From Haliotis rufescens (lineage: Eukaryota), in the NCBI RefSeq assembly GCF_023055435.1, contig NW_025964268.1, positions 2,480,001 to 2,544,000 on the forward strand: a stretch of 64,000 nt of DNA, given 5' to 3'. Made by a program: the position numbers and the translations under genes. Of this stretch, positions 14,121 to 26,680 are shown piece after piece. Position 1 is the stretch's first letter; every line of letters starts with the position of its first letter. The notes under the pieces are model-generated. The model saw nothing but the letters and a program-made list of their open reading frames with translations. It did not search any database and was not told the origin of the DNA.

Positions 14121-14387
14121 CTGGTTGGCTGGTTTGTTGTTTTACGCCGCACTCAACAATATCCCAGCTATATGACGGCGGTCTGTAAGTAATCGAGTCT
14201 GGACAGGACAATCCAGTGATTGACATCATGAGCATCGATCCAGGCAATTAGGATCGATCACATGCTTCAACCAAATCAGCGAGCCTGACCGCCCGATCCC
14301 AATAGTAGCCTCTTACGAGTAGCATAGTCGCCATTTACGGCAAGCACGGGTTGCTGAAGACCTTTTCTAACCCGGATCTTCACGGGT
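14121..14387 (-). mobile_element. SINE family A (non-tRNA structured head ACCCGTGAAGATCCGGG..., AAAC/AACC-type tail)
   Basis: Perfect 14-bp TSD CCCTTAGCAAAAGG at 14107-14120 and 14388-14401. Confidence 0.9.
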
Positions 14388-14675
14388 CCCTTAGCAAAAG
14401 GATGTGTCTTTACCCCCAGGTATCGCTAGGCCGTTCATGGGTCGTGTTGCTAATGGCGTGGTCAAGTCAAAACTTACGTTTCGTTAGTAAGTGGTTATGG
14501 GGCAATTTTATTTCTCTGGCCCTGACTTACTCTGGTGATATTGAGCTAAACGTAATAGCTAGGCTTTCATATTTCGGTCCCCATTTTTCTGGTATTCCGC
14601 GGATAACCAACCTTCCCGTGATTATCTAGTTTAGGTCAAGTATCTATTTGCTATTGGGAGTCAAGTTACTCTTTT

Positions 14676-14814
14676 GGTCAAGTACCTTTCTTAATGATAA
14701 TGAGTCTAGATACTCCGTAGGTCAAGTACCTTTCTTAATGATAATGAGTCTAGATACTCCGTAGGTCAAGTACCTTTCTTAATGATAATGAGTCTAGATA
14801 CTCCGTAGGTCAAG
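14676..14814. repeat. 3 x 44-bp perfect tandem repeat
   Basis: GGTCAAG at 14676, 14720, 14764 and 14808. Confidence 0.9.
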
Positions 14815-16182
14815 ACCCTTGTATTTTTGTGAAGTCTAGTGTTACCTTAGCAGTCTTCAGTCAAAAAGTTTGCTATGAAGGCGTTTTTCGTCTATTTTAT
14901 TGTTCAAAAGACTTATTGTAGGGATAGGCCCTCTGTGTTTATTTCCCGCTATTTAACCCAGTCGAGGTTATTCACACATTAGAGTGTTGAGTTAATTAAC
15001 TCTCAGGTGTTAATTGGTCGCAGCCGACTTAATTGGCTGTCTATGCATCTTGCCAATTATCTTGTCAAGGTGTCAAAGATTTAACTATTCTCCTTTTTAT
15101 AACTGTTATACAGTTGCTCAGCTAATCAGCTTGTATATTTGCTCATTTCAGCGCACATTGAGTTATTTATCCTTCATATTGTCGTCTATTGATACAATTA
15201 GCTGATAGTAATAAAACTGTGGAATTTTACCACGTTTTCAATTATTGCTTTATTCTTGTTTAATGGTACCCTGGTCTCAGGAACACAGCTCCGTGAAATT
15301 CCAGACGACAAATGGTTTGTTTAGGCTCTTAGCATCAGGTACTTCTAAAATCAGTGTTCTACATATATACGCATGTCTAACAGTAAACATACCTCAGATT
15401 ACTTCATTTGTATGTTATGCTTCTCCAAACATTACATGCAATTACATAACTATCCACCTTGCTGTCATGCGTCACTGAGTCGAACACTGAGATCAGACAT
15501 ACAAACGCTACGGATTGTTTAGAATTTTACATGCACTCCCTGCTGTGTCGAACTGACGCAAACAGGCCCTAAACCGGCCATGGAGTCACAATTAAAGTTT
15601 TTAAATTTGATTTAGTGAGTGTTAAGCGGCTGATCCCAATGTTGTACTAGCGGATCATTTTTGAAGAGTCAAAACCTCCATGGGAAGGCTTTATTCGGGG
15701 ATGGGAAATTTCCATAGCGAACTGAAACGTGTTTGACAGGTTGTGTCACATATGTGACGTTGGAAAGACCCAACTTATACAGATGCTATCAAGTGAAAAT
15801 ATATCTCATAAGCGTGGTCGTTATATATAAAAATCGCGCCAGATTATTTACATACATGTTGCAGTTCGTAAATCATCAAAGGGTGGAAGCTAGTGTGTGG
15901 AACATACTGTTATACAGTAGCAGTGTTAGTAAATACGTGTAGTGTTGTCCATGTAAATTGTAAAGAGGTTCTAATGCCTATGACTTAGTCATTCGGGCTA
16001 CTATATCCGTATACTCAACTGAATAAATAACTAATCTATGAAACCACCGCGAAGATGGGCAGATACATATTTCATATTAAGTCCGAGGACTCCTTTGACC
16101 TTAACATGAAATGACTTAAATTGTACATTACCTAATGTACTTAAATGTAGTTTCTTTTCCTTGTGTTTGTTTTAACAATTTT

Positions 16183-16740
16183 CAATCTCATTAAAGTCAG
16201 ATCTAAGTTCTCGCTGCCGCTAAACAAAGATCTGAGGACATCCCATTACGGATCATGTCAGAATAACCTTTCTCGAACCTTGACCTCCCACAGAAACGAC
16301 TGACAAGAAGTCGACATCAGCCAATGAGAAAGCAGCTTTCTCGAGCTTTACGGCACTCGTTTCAACCTGGCGACTTCCATTTCAGACTACGCTTGAAAAA
16401 TATGTTGACACAGTTCTCGATTAAATTTTGAAAACTGAACAAACGAACATTCCGGAATGTCTTATATATGGTTGCGGTTGCATGGCTGTGCTTCCCACGT
16501 ACTGTGCAACGCCTCTTCCGTTCAAATGTTTCTCTAACGGAAGCGAGAGATAGACAATAACTTTGACGGAATCAGTCGTACAGGCCGTAACTGTCGTTCG
16601 AGGTTGCATGATTAGAAAGCACATTCCGACTGTCACTTTCATGATCTGGTAAGCGACACTCTGATCGGATGAAAGGTCGTTCTGACGTGACCCCAAATGG
16701 CATGTCCTCAGACCTTTGTTTAGCAGTAGCGAGAACTAAG
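16183..16740 (+). mobile_element. Family 2 (AcademH-like), longer copy with long imperfect TIRs
   Basis: Same CAATCTCATTAAA start; 16205-16270 is inverted at 16672-16740; remnant LKTEQTNIPECLIYGCGCMAVLPT at 16428-16499. Confidence 0.8.
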
Positions 16741-16749
16741 TGCTAATCA

Positions 16750-18030
16750 TTCTAGTTCAAATCCATAGATGCATGACGTAAAATATATTGAAAATCAACA
16801 GCGAAATCAACATATAAAATGACAGTCATACAGCATCCGATCTCGGCATGACAGTTGCCCGAATTGAGGTGGGGTAGCAAATACAAGCTTTCAACGAAAT
16901 AGACAAAGGGCACACATCTAAAATCTCTCAAGTTCATTGGCACGTCACGTTAATAGCGTGGACGACCACCCACTTCTACAAGACACGCAAAAGCTTTCCG
17001 ACGCACAGGAACGGTCAGTCGTCTGATGACGTCACGTTTTTGTCGGTTGAAGATGTGGTCGCTGTCTAACACGACGCACGACGGTCCATGGCATCCCAGA
17101 GGTGTTCTATCGGGGACATGTTTGGGGAGCGTGCATGCCACGGCAACACGTTGAAGTTCTGGCGTGGTCATGCTGATACAGGACACCGAGTCGCAGCTGT
17201 TGTAGAAATGTCTGGACAATCGGACGAAGAATGTCATTCAAGTAACGATGACCAGTGGTGTTCTCTCCTGCCCACGAATTCCTCCTCACATCATTACAGC
17301 CCCTCCACCACGCGGCGCGACCTCCTGAACGCAATACGTCGCCGTTCGTTATCTCCTTCGGCGGTAAACCCGCTGTCTTCCAACAACTCTGAACAGACAG
17401 AACCGGCTTTCATCAGTGAAGACAAGGTTCTGCCAGTCACGTAACTGCCAACGAGTCACCTGGCCCCTGTCTGTCGACAAACTATATGCCCTAAGGCATT
17501 TGTCGCTGATGACGTCACTGTCAAGAATCGATTCCGGAGATGCAAAGTATGCAAGTACCGGTCTTCATTTGGCGTAGTTACTCTGGGTATGCCTGTTCTT
17601 GGTCTGTCTGATGTCTCTCTGGTGTGTCTTTAACGATGCATCAGGTTAGTTACGGGGGCAGTCAAAAGTTCCAGCACTGTGGGCATTGGTTATACTTCAC
17701 CTATATCATCCCCTTGACCCGTTCGCGTTGTTCCGGTGTCAGTCGTGTCATTTCCGTGGTGTTTTTGTGTATTAGTTTTTGAATGTGTGACATGCCGTCC
17801 GTATCATATATACATATATATCCTTACTGCATGTGTAGCAGCCCAGGCAGCACCTGTTTTTCCCTTTTTCTACAAAAAAAAACAACAACAAAAACGTGCC
17901 GTGGACGTGTATCACTTTCTGCATGGAGCATTGTTGTGTTTGGACGATGTGTTTTAGTTTGAACTTGTGCTTTTAAATTTTTGCAATTTCAATTTTGTAA
18001 GTGGTAAAATTTCTTTTGGCCTTCAGTTTA
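16750..18030 (-). mobile_element. Degraded Tc1-family transposon relic
   Basis: Frameshifted minus-strand fragments RYLNDILRPIVQTFLQQ...YQHDHAR and ...GGRPRY*; TIR-like end (ACTGAAGGCCAAAAGAAA on -) near 18030; left boundary approximate. Confidence 0.8.
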
Positions 18031-18874
18031 AATAACGGAAATTTACGTTTGTGTATTGTTACCAAAATGGTATATTATTATTTTAATAGGAATTCTGCCT
18101 TCCGGCTGTTGGTAAGATAGAACACATTTTGTGCCGCATGACATTTTTGATTCTGTGAATCACAGATTCACTTCAAATCACTACACCTCTACACAAACGC
18201 AAAGGCACATTTGAAGTTAACCCAGCTTAAGAATCACCTGAATTTTTCAGACTATCACAATTACACGTCTCAAGCTTTGTCAGCTGAAACATAATTTTCT
18301 CATAGTAAGGTCAAAATATTACCATACATTTAACGAAAGCAAATATTTTTACCCCAAGGCTGTAGTATTTAGTTTATACAGTAAGATGTGCAGTTATGCA
18401 TACTAAAGAGCAATCCAGTGAATTCACAACACATATCGCCATCCACCTTCACCACGGAACTATGCACCGGAACTATTCACCTTGCCTCTGACTAATTCCA
18501 TGTCACGTTTGATGTTGTATACTTCAATGGGACTGGTGGCTTCGTAGGATGTCGCCAGTTTTGTTTGCCATATTGTTCGACATGTATTGACAAATGGGTT
18601 ATGTTTAACTGTACTTTATTATTACCATATGTGACTCCAAGGCCAAGCACATATGTCTGGTCCTCTTATGTAACTGTACACAGTAACCTGGTTTGTTCGC
18701 GTTCAGTTTTCTGATCCAATATTTCAGCTTACAAAAAACAACACATGTTTAGCACCAGAAACACTATCTACAAAACAATTCATGACAATGTAATGGTTTA
18801 AACACGTTTCCCTCGAAAAATAAAACGTATCTGGTCTTATCTTAGTTTATGTACGCTGGCGCTGTGAGCGATTA

Positions 18875-19185
18875 CCGGGATCCGGACTAACGGGATCCGG
18901 AATAAAAAGTTCTATATGAACGAGATCCGGAATAAGGAGGTCTAGATTAACGAGGTCCGGAATAAGGAGGTCTAGATTAATGTGGCCTGGAATAAGGAGT
19001 TCTAGATTAACGGGGCCCGGAATAAGGAGTTCTATATCCACGAGGTCCGGAATAAGGAGTTCTATATCCACGAGGTCCGGAATAAGGAGTTCTATATCCA
19101 CGAGGTCCGGAATAAGGAGTTCTATATCCACGAGGTCCGGAATAAGGAGTTCTAAATTAATGGGGACAGGACTAACAGGGTCCGG
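18875..19185. repeat. 30-bp minisatellite (GAGGTCCGGAATAAGGAGTTCTATATCCAC), ~9 copies
   Basis: Direct periodicity. Confidence 0.9.
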
Positions 19186-20784
19186 TGACCTTGCCTGATG
19201 TCCCCAAAGTCGTATAGTGGAAATATTGCAGTACACGGCGAAGAATAATATGGTTGATTAGTCGAGGATAAATAATTATTTCTGTACTTTCCACCAGGCG
19301 ATGTTCCACGTAATAGACAGATTATTTCTGTACTTCCTGTCACACAATGCATGACTAATTTATGACATTTTCATACAACAAAGTAGAAACATCCTAGCAC
19401 TTCCGGTAGCTATTCGCGTCTGCCCAGTGGTACATGGGGTTCACTTGTCGAGCGACGTGCATGCACGTGTGTGTCACAAGTGTGGCTGCTTGTACTTGTC
19501 CAGAGTTAGTGCTACCCCACGTAGATGTCAAGAGGGCGTTTATGAACACCCACACAAACTCAAACTCCCAGCCGGCCGGTCCATCGTTTAACTTTTTTTG
19601 GCATGACGCGGCCAGAGCAACACCCTTGATTAAACACGTGAGTTTTCAATTCCGATGTTTTTCATATTACCGAAATATTACCGACGTATCGTTCAATCGA
19701 AATCCACACAAAATAGTGTAGTATTGACTTTCTAAAACTGTATTTGAAACCACAGACCAAATCGGTATATGGTCTCTCTTGAAACCGAACAGGCAGAATG
19801 ACAGTGTCGCTCAGGGGTAGGTTAAAGTGATTTGATAGAGTTTTGTGTTGTCCCCACTGTATCGCTATAGTGTATTTTAGACCGTACCGTAATTCCGGTA
19901 CCCCTGAACATTCGATGGGTGTCACATCAACAGATATTTCTGTCTCTCTGCAAACGTGTGACATGTATTGCAGATCTTCTTATATCTATCCTCTTCAAAG
20001 AAACCACTCGCAATAAAACATTGAGTAAGTGATAAAATAAAGTGATTATATAGTTTAAGTTCTAGTTACATTCATATTATTTCAATTACTTAAGAGTATG
20101 TGTTAAACGATGAAAGCCAATCAGTACCTTTCTCGGTACAGAACCGATGAGTGCCTGCACACGTGACTCAATAACGGGTGATAAAATATGCGATACTTTA
20201 ATTGGCAATGCTAATGCTACTTTCTGTACAACTACATTATACTGTGCATGTATACAGGGCGTACCTATAATGACACTGCACAAATATTTACCATGTTGAA
20301 CTTGTCGGGCGGGTGAATATATTGTTCGTGTTTGTGCACATACACCAATACGACTATTTTCAAAAACGCATGTGTGAGTTACCCCAAATGTGAAAGATTG
20401 ATATACAGGGACGCTATTAATTTCACATATTCATGAAGCATATCAACTATTGTGCAGAGTGTAAAACACGGCTGGTCTGTTTCTATACAATGACGCCGAT
20501 AAGCTTTAAGCGTTTGTGGGAATACGAGCTATAGCTTGAAAACGAGCATTTTTACTTTTTCTTTTCTTACACCATAATGTTATCATGAGGAAAAAAATGA
20601 ATTACAAGTTCAATAGGGTTATTATTAAAATAATTCAGCCGCATTCTCGTTTACAAATCACACTCCCCTACCCTAACCGTGTATCTAATAACAACTGATA
20701 CGCTAGCCTGGTTGACTTTGTGTCTGTATGTCTCAATAGACGAAACAATTCTTTGTCTGTTTAAAAATGCGAGGTCTATAAATA

Positions 20785-21323
20785 CATCTGCCCGAGGCAT
20801 GTGAGTTAACTGACTATAAAAGTTCCACCCTTGCCGAACTAGGCTGGTATTATGGGGTTACGTTTTGGCTGGACTAACGAGTCTATGCATAGTCCAATCA
20901 CAATCGCGCAACGAAATCGAAATCCGGTTCGTAAACTGTCATGCAGATTTCGGTCGATTGCAGTATTTACAAAGCATGTGCACCGCCAACTCGTTGTCAA
21001 CACACATTTTCCAAATGTTTCCATGTTTTTAATCAAGGTGCTCACGTGATCTGATGCACTTCGCGATGTAAGACCCGTTTTATCACAATATAGATCTTGA
21101 TTATCGATCAGATCGTCTTGACTGGGCGCCACCATTTTGTTTGAAGCAAATGCAAGTGATACGAGGGATAAAATTTGATGTGTCCATAGGAGAGGCATAG
21201 AAGTGACATAACTCGTAATAGCCACTGGTGGCGCTACAGTCGAGTCCAGGAAGTACAGCCCATTTCGGCAAGGGTGGAAACTGGACTTTTAAAGTCAGTT
21301 AACTCCCTTGCCTCGGGAAGATG
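20785..21323 (-). mobile_element. MITE family 1 full copy, reverse orientation
   Basis: Both TIRs present; interior is the reverse complement of the 713 and 2204 copies. Confidence 0.87.
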
Positions 21324-23630
21324 ATTTAACTACGAATTGGTTTGTCCCGAAAGGGAAATATGTTGCGACTGTAACTTTTTACCCTGACCTGATGTGATAC
21401 AGCTGCATGTCCTTAACAACTGATTTATATCAATATTACTGAACCAAACAAAACATGAAGAAATGGTCGCAATTTTCCCAAAACAAACACGAGTTGTTTT
21501 TTGTCGCTATTGTCCGTCCGTTGATGCTTTGATTATTCGTGACATTCTCAAGTTATTGAAGCAAACTCACTGAACCGTCACCAGCTCTCCTTTTCAATTC
21601 TATATTCTGAAATCACCACCGACAGTGGTACAAAAGCATAGGTCTAAAAATAAATAACATGATGAGGTTACGTTTTACATTTAGTTCGCACAGTAAGATG
21701 TAGAATTGCGACACTTTTAGGCATTTTGTAAACTTGGCAACATTTCTAGTGCACATAATTTTCTTGCACTCTGTAATACAGGTTATGTCGTTCATGAGTA
21801 GATGCAATATATTTAGATCTAGACTTTACAAAGGCGTTACATTTGAAATAATAGTGGAATTCGTCAGCAATAGCTACGCTGCATGCTCTTGTCTTTCTGA
21901 CTCAACGACCTGTCCAATAATCCACACTAAGATGTCATATTTCTGAGTTCTGTCTTCCCGCGATTTTACATATGGTACAAAAGAACGGCGTCAAACTCAC
22001 GCACAGCTATTGCGAAATCGGTCCACCGGACTCATCACAAACTCACCCTGTATGTCTGAAGAACATTCCGTTACTGAGCTGGCACACGCGTTTCAAACCA
22101 AGTTTTATCGTGCGTTTCAATTATGACTAGCTTAGACTCAATTGTATAATTACTCTCTTACTGTGTTCACATCCACAAAGAAGTACATGCGTACGTCGTT
22201 CTTATATATGCCAGTAATGAGATAACAAATAAATGATTAAATCCATATGAAACGGCAAAAAGTGCGAGCTGGACCGAGACTGATAATCGCAGCTGGCTGG
22301 TGTGAAAAGAAAATATGACAGAGACTTAAATAGGCCCGTCTATTCAAAGGGAAGTAACTCCGATTATCTCATGTAGCGAAGCGGTCAGATGAGATGACTT
22401 GCGATTGCCCTTCAGTGTTCGGGTTATATTGTCAGTTGGGTGTTGTCAATTGATTATATACTCATGAATGTGGGAACACTTAGCTTTAGAGACAGTAAAA
22501 TGATATGCTATCACGGGTTTACACCAACGCTCATTGTTTAGTGAACGATATCAAATTAAAGTCGGAAAAAGAAACGTTCCAATTTTCATCCCAAAATTTA
22601 ACATACACGTTCTAATTTGTCGATTTATATTGTGCTGTCTGCCCAAAATGTATTGTCAATGAAGTAGCCCCATCCCTGCATTTTGTAACCTTATGTTGTA
22701 ATATCACTATTTCAAGACGTTAATTAGTCTTGCACCATGACTGTGGTATTTATATTTTTTAGTTATTTGTTTTCACTATAAGCCTAGGCAAGTCTAGATC
22801 AAACTAATCAAGTCTAGTTTGCTTGAATCCCCAACAGAAGTTGAAAGTTTCTTTCTATATTTTTGTATTATTTTAAAGACATGTTTTCATTGACTAAGTG
22901 TTAGTCGACCGTTACATCAGCTGTTTCGATAAGCAGTAGTTATTGTGATTTAAAACCTCTGACTGATAAATCTAGAATAGAGTATTTTTTCGAATTCAAG
23001 TTAGAATGTACTTTCGAAATCTTTAAAAATGACGAGACCAGGTTTATCTCCTTGTTAAAGTGACATTACATCTTACTCGTGATAGTAACGTCAATCTGGA
23101 CAACTGGATTGAGGGGAGTAGTGTCCAGGTTAATGGGTTTTCACTGTAGTTATTAAACTGAATATTCCTACCCTGTGTACAAATATCTATGTTAGAACCA
23201 CAAAACGATTTGTCTTTTCGGATACGAAACTTCCTATTTATAGGATAGCAGGAGCTGAGAAATGCCTACTTAGGAGAGGCTTGTTTGTTGTTTGTTATTA
23301 ATTATTGTAATTACGGCGCCGAGTGCCCGGGGGTGAAAGAGGTGATACGACACTTCGCTTGTACAAGACCTGAAATGTCAGACTACCGCAGAAAACATGG
23401 GTGTATAACCTTTCAGCCTCCACGCACTGTGAGGCCAACGACAAGAAGACACTATCCACTCAACTCCGCGACCCCTGAACCTTCATAGTACAAGTACACG
23501 AGCAGATAAAGACGCTTATTTTTGCATCGGTTATATTTTACGTCCGATGCCTTGAGTACCCGGTTTTGTGTAGTTTTGCCCCGGTGAAATTTAGGGAGCA
23601 GAATATGCCTGGTTCAAAGTACTATTTTAC

Positions 23631-23824
23631 TTTGTTTGTTTGTTTGTTTGTTGTTTAACGCCACACTCAGCAATATTCCAGCTATATGACGACGGTCTGT
23701 AAATAATCGAATCTGGACCGGACAATCCATTGCTTGACATTATCAGCATCGATCCACGTTAGTGCCTGACCACCGATCCCGCCCAAGTATGGGTTGCTGA
23801 AAACCTATTCTACCCCGGATCTTC
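23631..23824 (-). mobile_element. SINE family A, internally deleted copy
   Basis: Tail, body and head segments match the family. Confidence 0.8.
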
Positions 23825-23974
23825 TTACTTTGTAATGCTATTAATGACTGCTGGGTGATGTTGTACTGGTCGATATGGTGTATGTGGGATGCCGTATGTG
23901 GGAGTGTTGAATTAGGGGTGTTGTGTTGGGTGTGTGTTCTTTTAGAGCTTTTAATATATAGGATGATGTTGTTT

Positions 23975-24240
23975 TAGCGATATTAGAGTGCACGAGTTAG
24001 CTTCATAAACTAACTGCAATAAAGTATGTCAGATAGCTTTCACTACCATATATGGTGGAGGTGTTAAAAAAAACTACGGAAAAGCAAAAACATTATACAC
24101 ATAGGGGAAAAGATAATAGCGTGTGTTATTTGTGTAAAAGTATGTTTATGGCTTTTATGTATGAATGGATATACATTTTCCAAACACTGGTGTGAAACAG
24201 GGTTGTGTCCTTAGCCTAATGTTATTCATCTTCCTTATAT
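23975..24240 (+). mobile_element. Non-LTR retrotransposon fragments
   Basis: NTGVKQGCVLSLMLF (24183-24227) matches the RT motif GVxQGCxLSPxLF. Confidence 0.6.
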
Positions 24241-24324
24241 ATACCAGCTTGCTTGACTGTAGATGCCCAGTTGACGGTACACATGCCCCGCAAATCCCAC
24301 AATCGACTGAAATCTGCACGACAG

Positions 24325-24760
24325 GCGCTATGTTCTTTATAACAACCCGTATGTCAATTTCTGGTCCGATGAATTATTATTTTACAGAGTAACGGCCCTT
24401 GCTTCGTGATTTTCAACTTAGTAAACAGGGTGTGCAATGGGGACAATCTTTCTCAGAAACAACTGAAGTTACAATAATGAAAGTTTGCATGCTTATCTAA
24501 GAGATACTTGTGAAGACTGAGTTCGAAAATATGTCCCATAAATTATTTTTTGAGAGAGTTATGGCCCTTGCTCCGTGCTTATCAACTTAGTGCATAGTGT
24601 GTGCAGATTTTCAGAAACTACTGAAGTTCGCTTATCTAAGAGCTTATGTGATTACATTAAGCGACCAAATTAAGGCTTAAAAGGACACTTTTTATAGTTA
24701 ATATTCACTGCTATATAAAAAAAACAAAATTCTAATGTGCCCCACGACGGGGGATAGTGA
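24325..24760. repeat. Unclassified non-autonomous element with ~170-bp internal direct repeats (AGAGT(T/A)AYGGCCCTTGCT)
   Basis: ~24370-24500 is repeated at ~24540-24640; GC-rich hairpin near 24740. Confidence 0.45.
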
Positions 24761-25157
24761 TAACGCTGTTTTCTTGTTTTTCATGTGAACAATTTACTTG
24801 CCTTTGTATGTGTTTTGGACACGCGAACACCTGGTGTTGTCACTATTTAAAAGTGATTTATAAGCACATGCTTATGATAGTTCGAATCGTACAACAGACA
24901 CTTTCGTAGGATTATGGAAAAGGTTTGGTCACCCTTATTTAATGGAGGGCTATGGTATGAAGGAACGGTGCAATGGTGATTCTAATAAAAAGAAGGCTGC
25001 GAAAAGTTGAAATTAAACACTTTATAGACGAACTTTGGAATAACAAAACAATTGATTTCACTTGCCGAGGTCATTATTTTAAGGCAAGGACCCTAGGGAC
25101 CGATCACTTCGTTTGTAGGTTTCTCGACACAAACTAGACCTTTTGGTGCTATAAGTA

Positions 25158-26678
25158 TACTAGCCACATAAAGAAACTGTGCACGGAGAAAATATAGATA
25201 TAAGGGCACACCGTCCATATATGAAAGATAGGTTTGAACACAGCAATTATTGGAGACATTCAAACGCTCATGCACGTGCCATGCGATATGACGTCATTGA
25301 TGGGGGCCTATGGACGTGCAATGTGTTACTGCACGTGCATCCTGTGCAGCTGTACACAGCACGTGCAACTCAACATTCGCTGTCACTTTGGAAAGCATGA
25401 TCTGTGGTCATTCAAAAATTCAAAACTTCTCAGGCGCAGACACAAGCATATCACAAGCAAATCATGCCAAGATTGACAGCTGCACAGCGTCATGAAGCCA
25501 TTGGAATGATCCGAGCGGGAATGTGGCAACAACAGGTGGCAACACATTTCCAATGCCATCGTTACACGATATCGGCATTGGTGAGGCATTATCAGAACAC
25601 AAATGACGTTGCCGACCACCCAAGTTCAGGACGTCCCCGAGGAACGACGCCAAGACAGGACAGATGGATTCGAGTTACACATCTCCGACACAGGTTCCAA
25701 ACGGCAGTAACGACGTCCCAGACAATTCCTGGACTGCGCCGTATCCATCCCAACAATGTCAGGAATCGTTTACGTCAGTACGGGATTCGACCTTGACGCC
25801 CTGCCATACGTCCCATCCAGACACACCGTCATCGAGTCAACCGTCTAAGATGGTGTCGAAATCATGTTCGCCAACCTCGAATATGGTGGAGAAATGTTGT
25901 CTTTACAGATGAATCGAGGTTCAACATTTCCCACAGTGACGGGCGCCAACGTGTCTACCGGCGTTTGGGAGAACGTTATGCACGCAACTGTATTGTGGAG
26001 AGGAATCGTTTTGGAGGTGGCTCTGTGATGATTTGGGGTGGGATAACAGCACGGCACCGAACCCCTTTGGTGGTTGTTCAGCGCAATCTCACCGGTGTTG
26101 GCTACAGAGATCAGATTCTGAGGCCTGTGGTCATTCCTTTCCTGCAACGTCATGACCCGGGATTGACATTTCAACAGGACAACGCTCGTCCTCACACGGC
26201 TAGGGTCGCAATGGATTTCCTTCACCATAACAATGTCATGTTACTGCCATGGCCTGCAATTTCTCCAGATCTCTCCTCAAAAGAGCATGTGTGGGATCAA
26301 ATGGAGCGCCGTCTGCGTCGTCTTCCACATCCTCCAGATAACGTCCGTGACTTGGCACAGGATTTGAGGAGGATATGGCAGGCCATTCCCCAGGCCTTCC
26401 ATGCCCGTTTGGTGGACTCCATGCGTCGCCGATGCACTGCTGTGATTCACGCACAGGGTGGTCATACCCGTTATTGACTTTGTGACTTTGTCGTTTGACC
26501 CCCTACTCCATTTTGATCTTCTGACGTCATCGTAACAGATGTTGTTCAGGTCCCGTTGTCATTTTCTTATGGTCCGATCATTCAGCTGCTACAGCGTCTG
26601 CATCATTTTGTTCTTGCTGTGTTGTATTTCAATCCAGAATATATTTTCTCCGTGCACAGTTTCTTTATGTGGCTAGTA
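25158..26678 (+). mobile_element. Tc1-family DNA transposon, full length (~1.52 kb)
   Basis: Perfect 39-bp TIRs (TACTAGCCACATAAAGAAACTGTGCACGGAGAAAATATA), flanking TA dinucleotides, internal transposase. Confidence 0.95.
25464..26477 (+). pseudogene. Tc1 DD34E transposase (337 codons) with one in-frame TGA at 25794-25796
   Basis: MPRLT...HTH, SGRPR motif, VFTDES, FQQDNA, SPDLSSKEHVW with 34 residues between the second D and E, GGHTRY end; the two ORF-track pieces are in the same frame. Confidence 0.93.
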
Positions 26679-26680
26679 TA

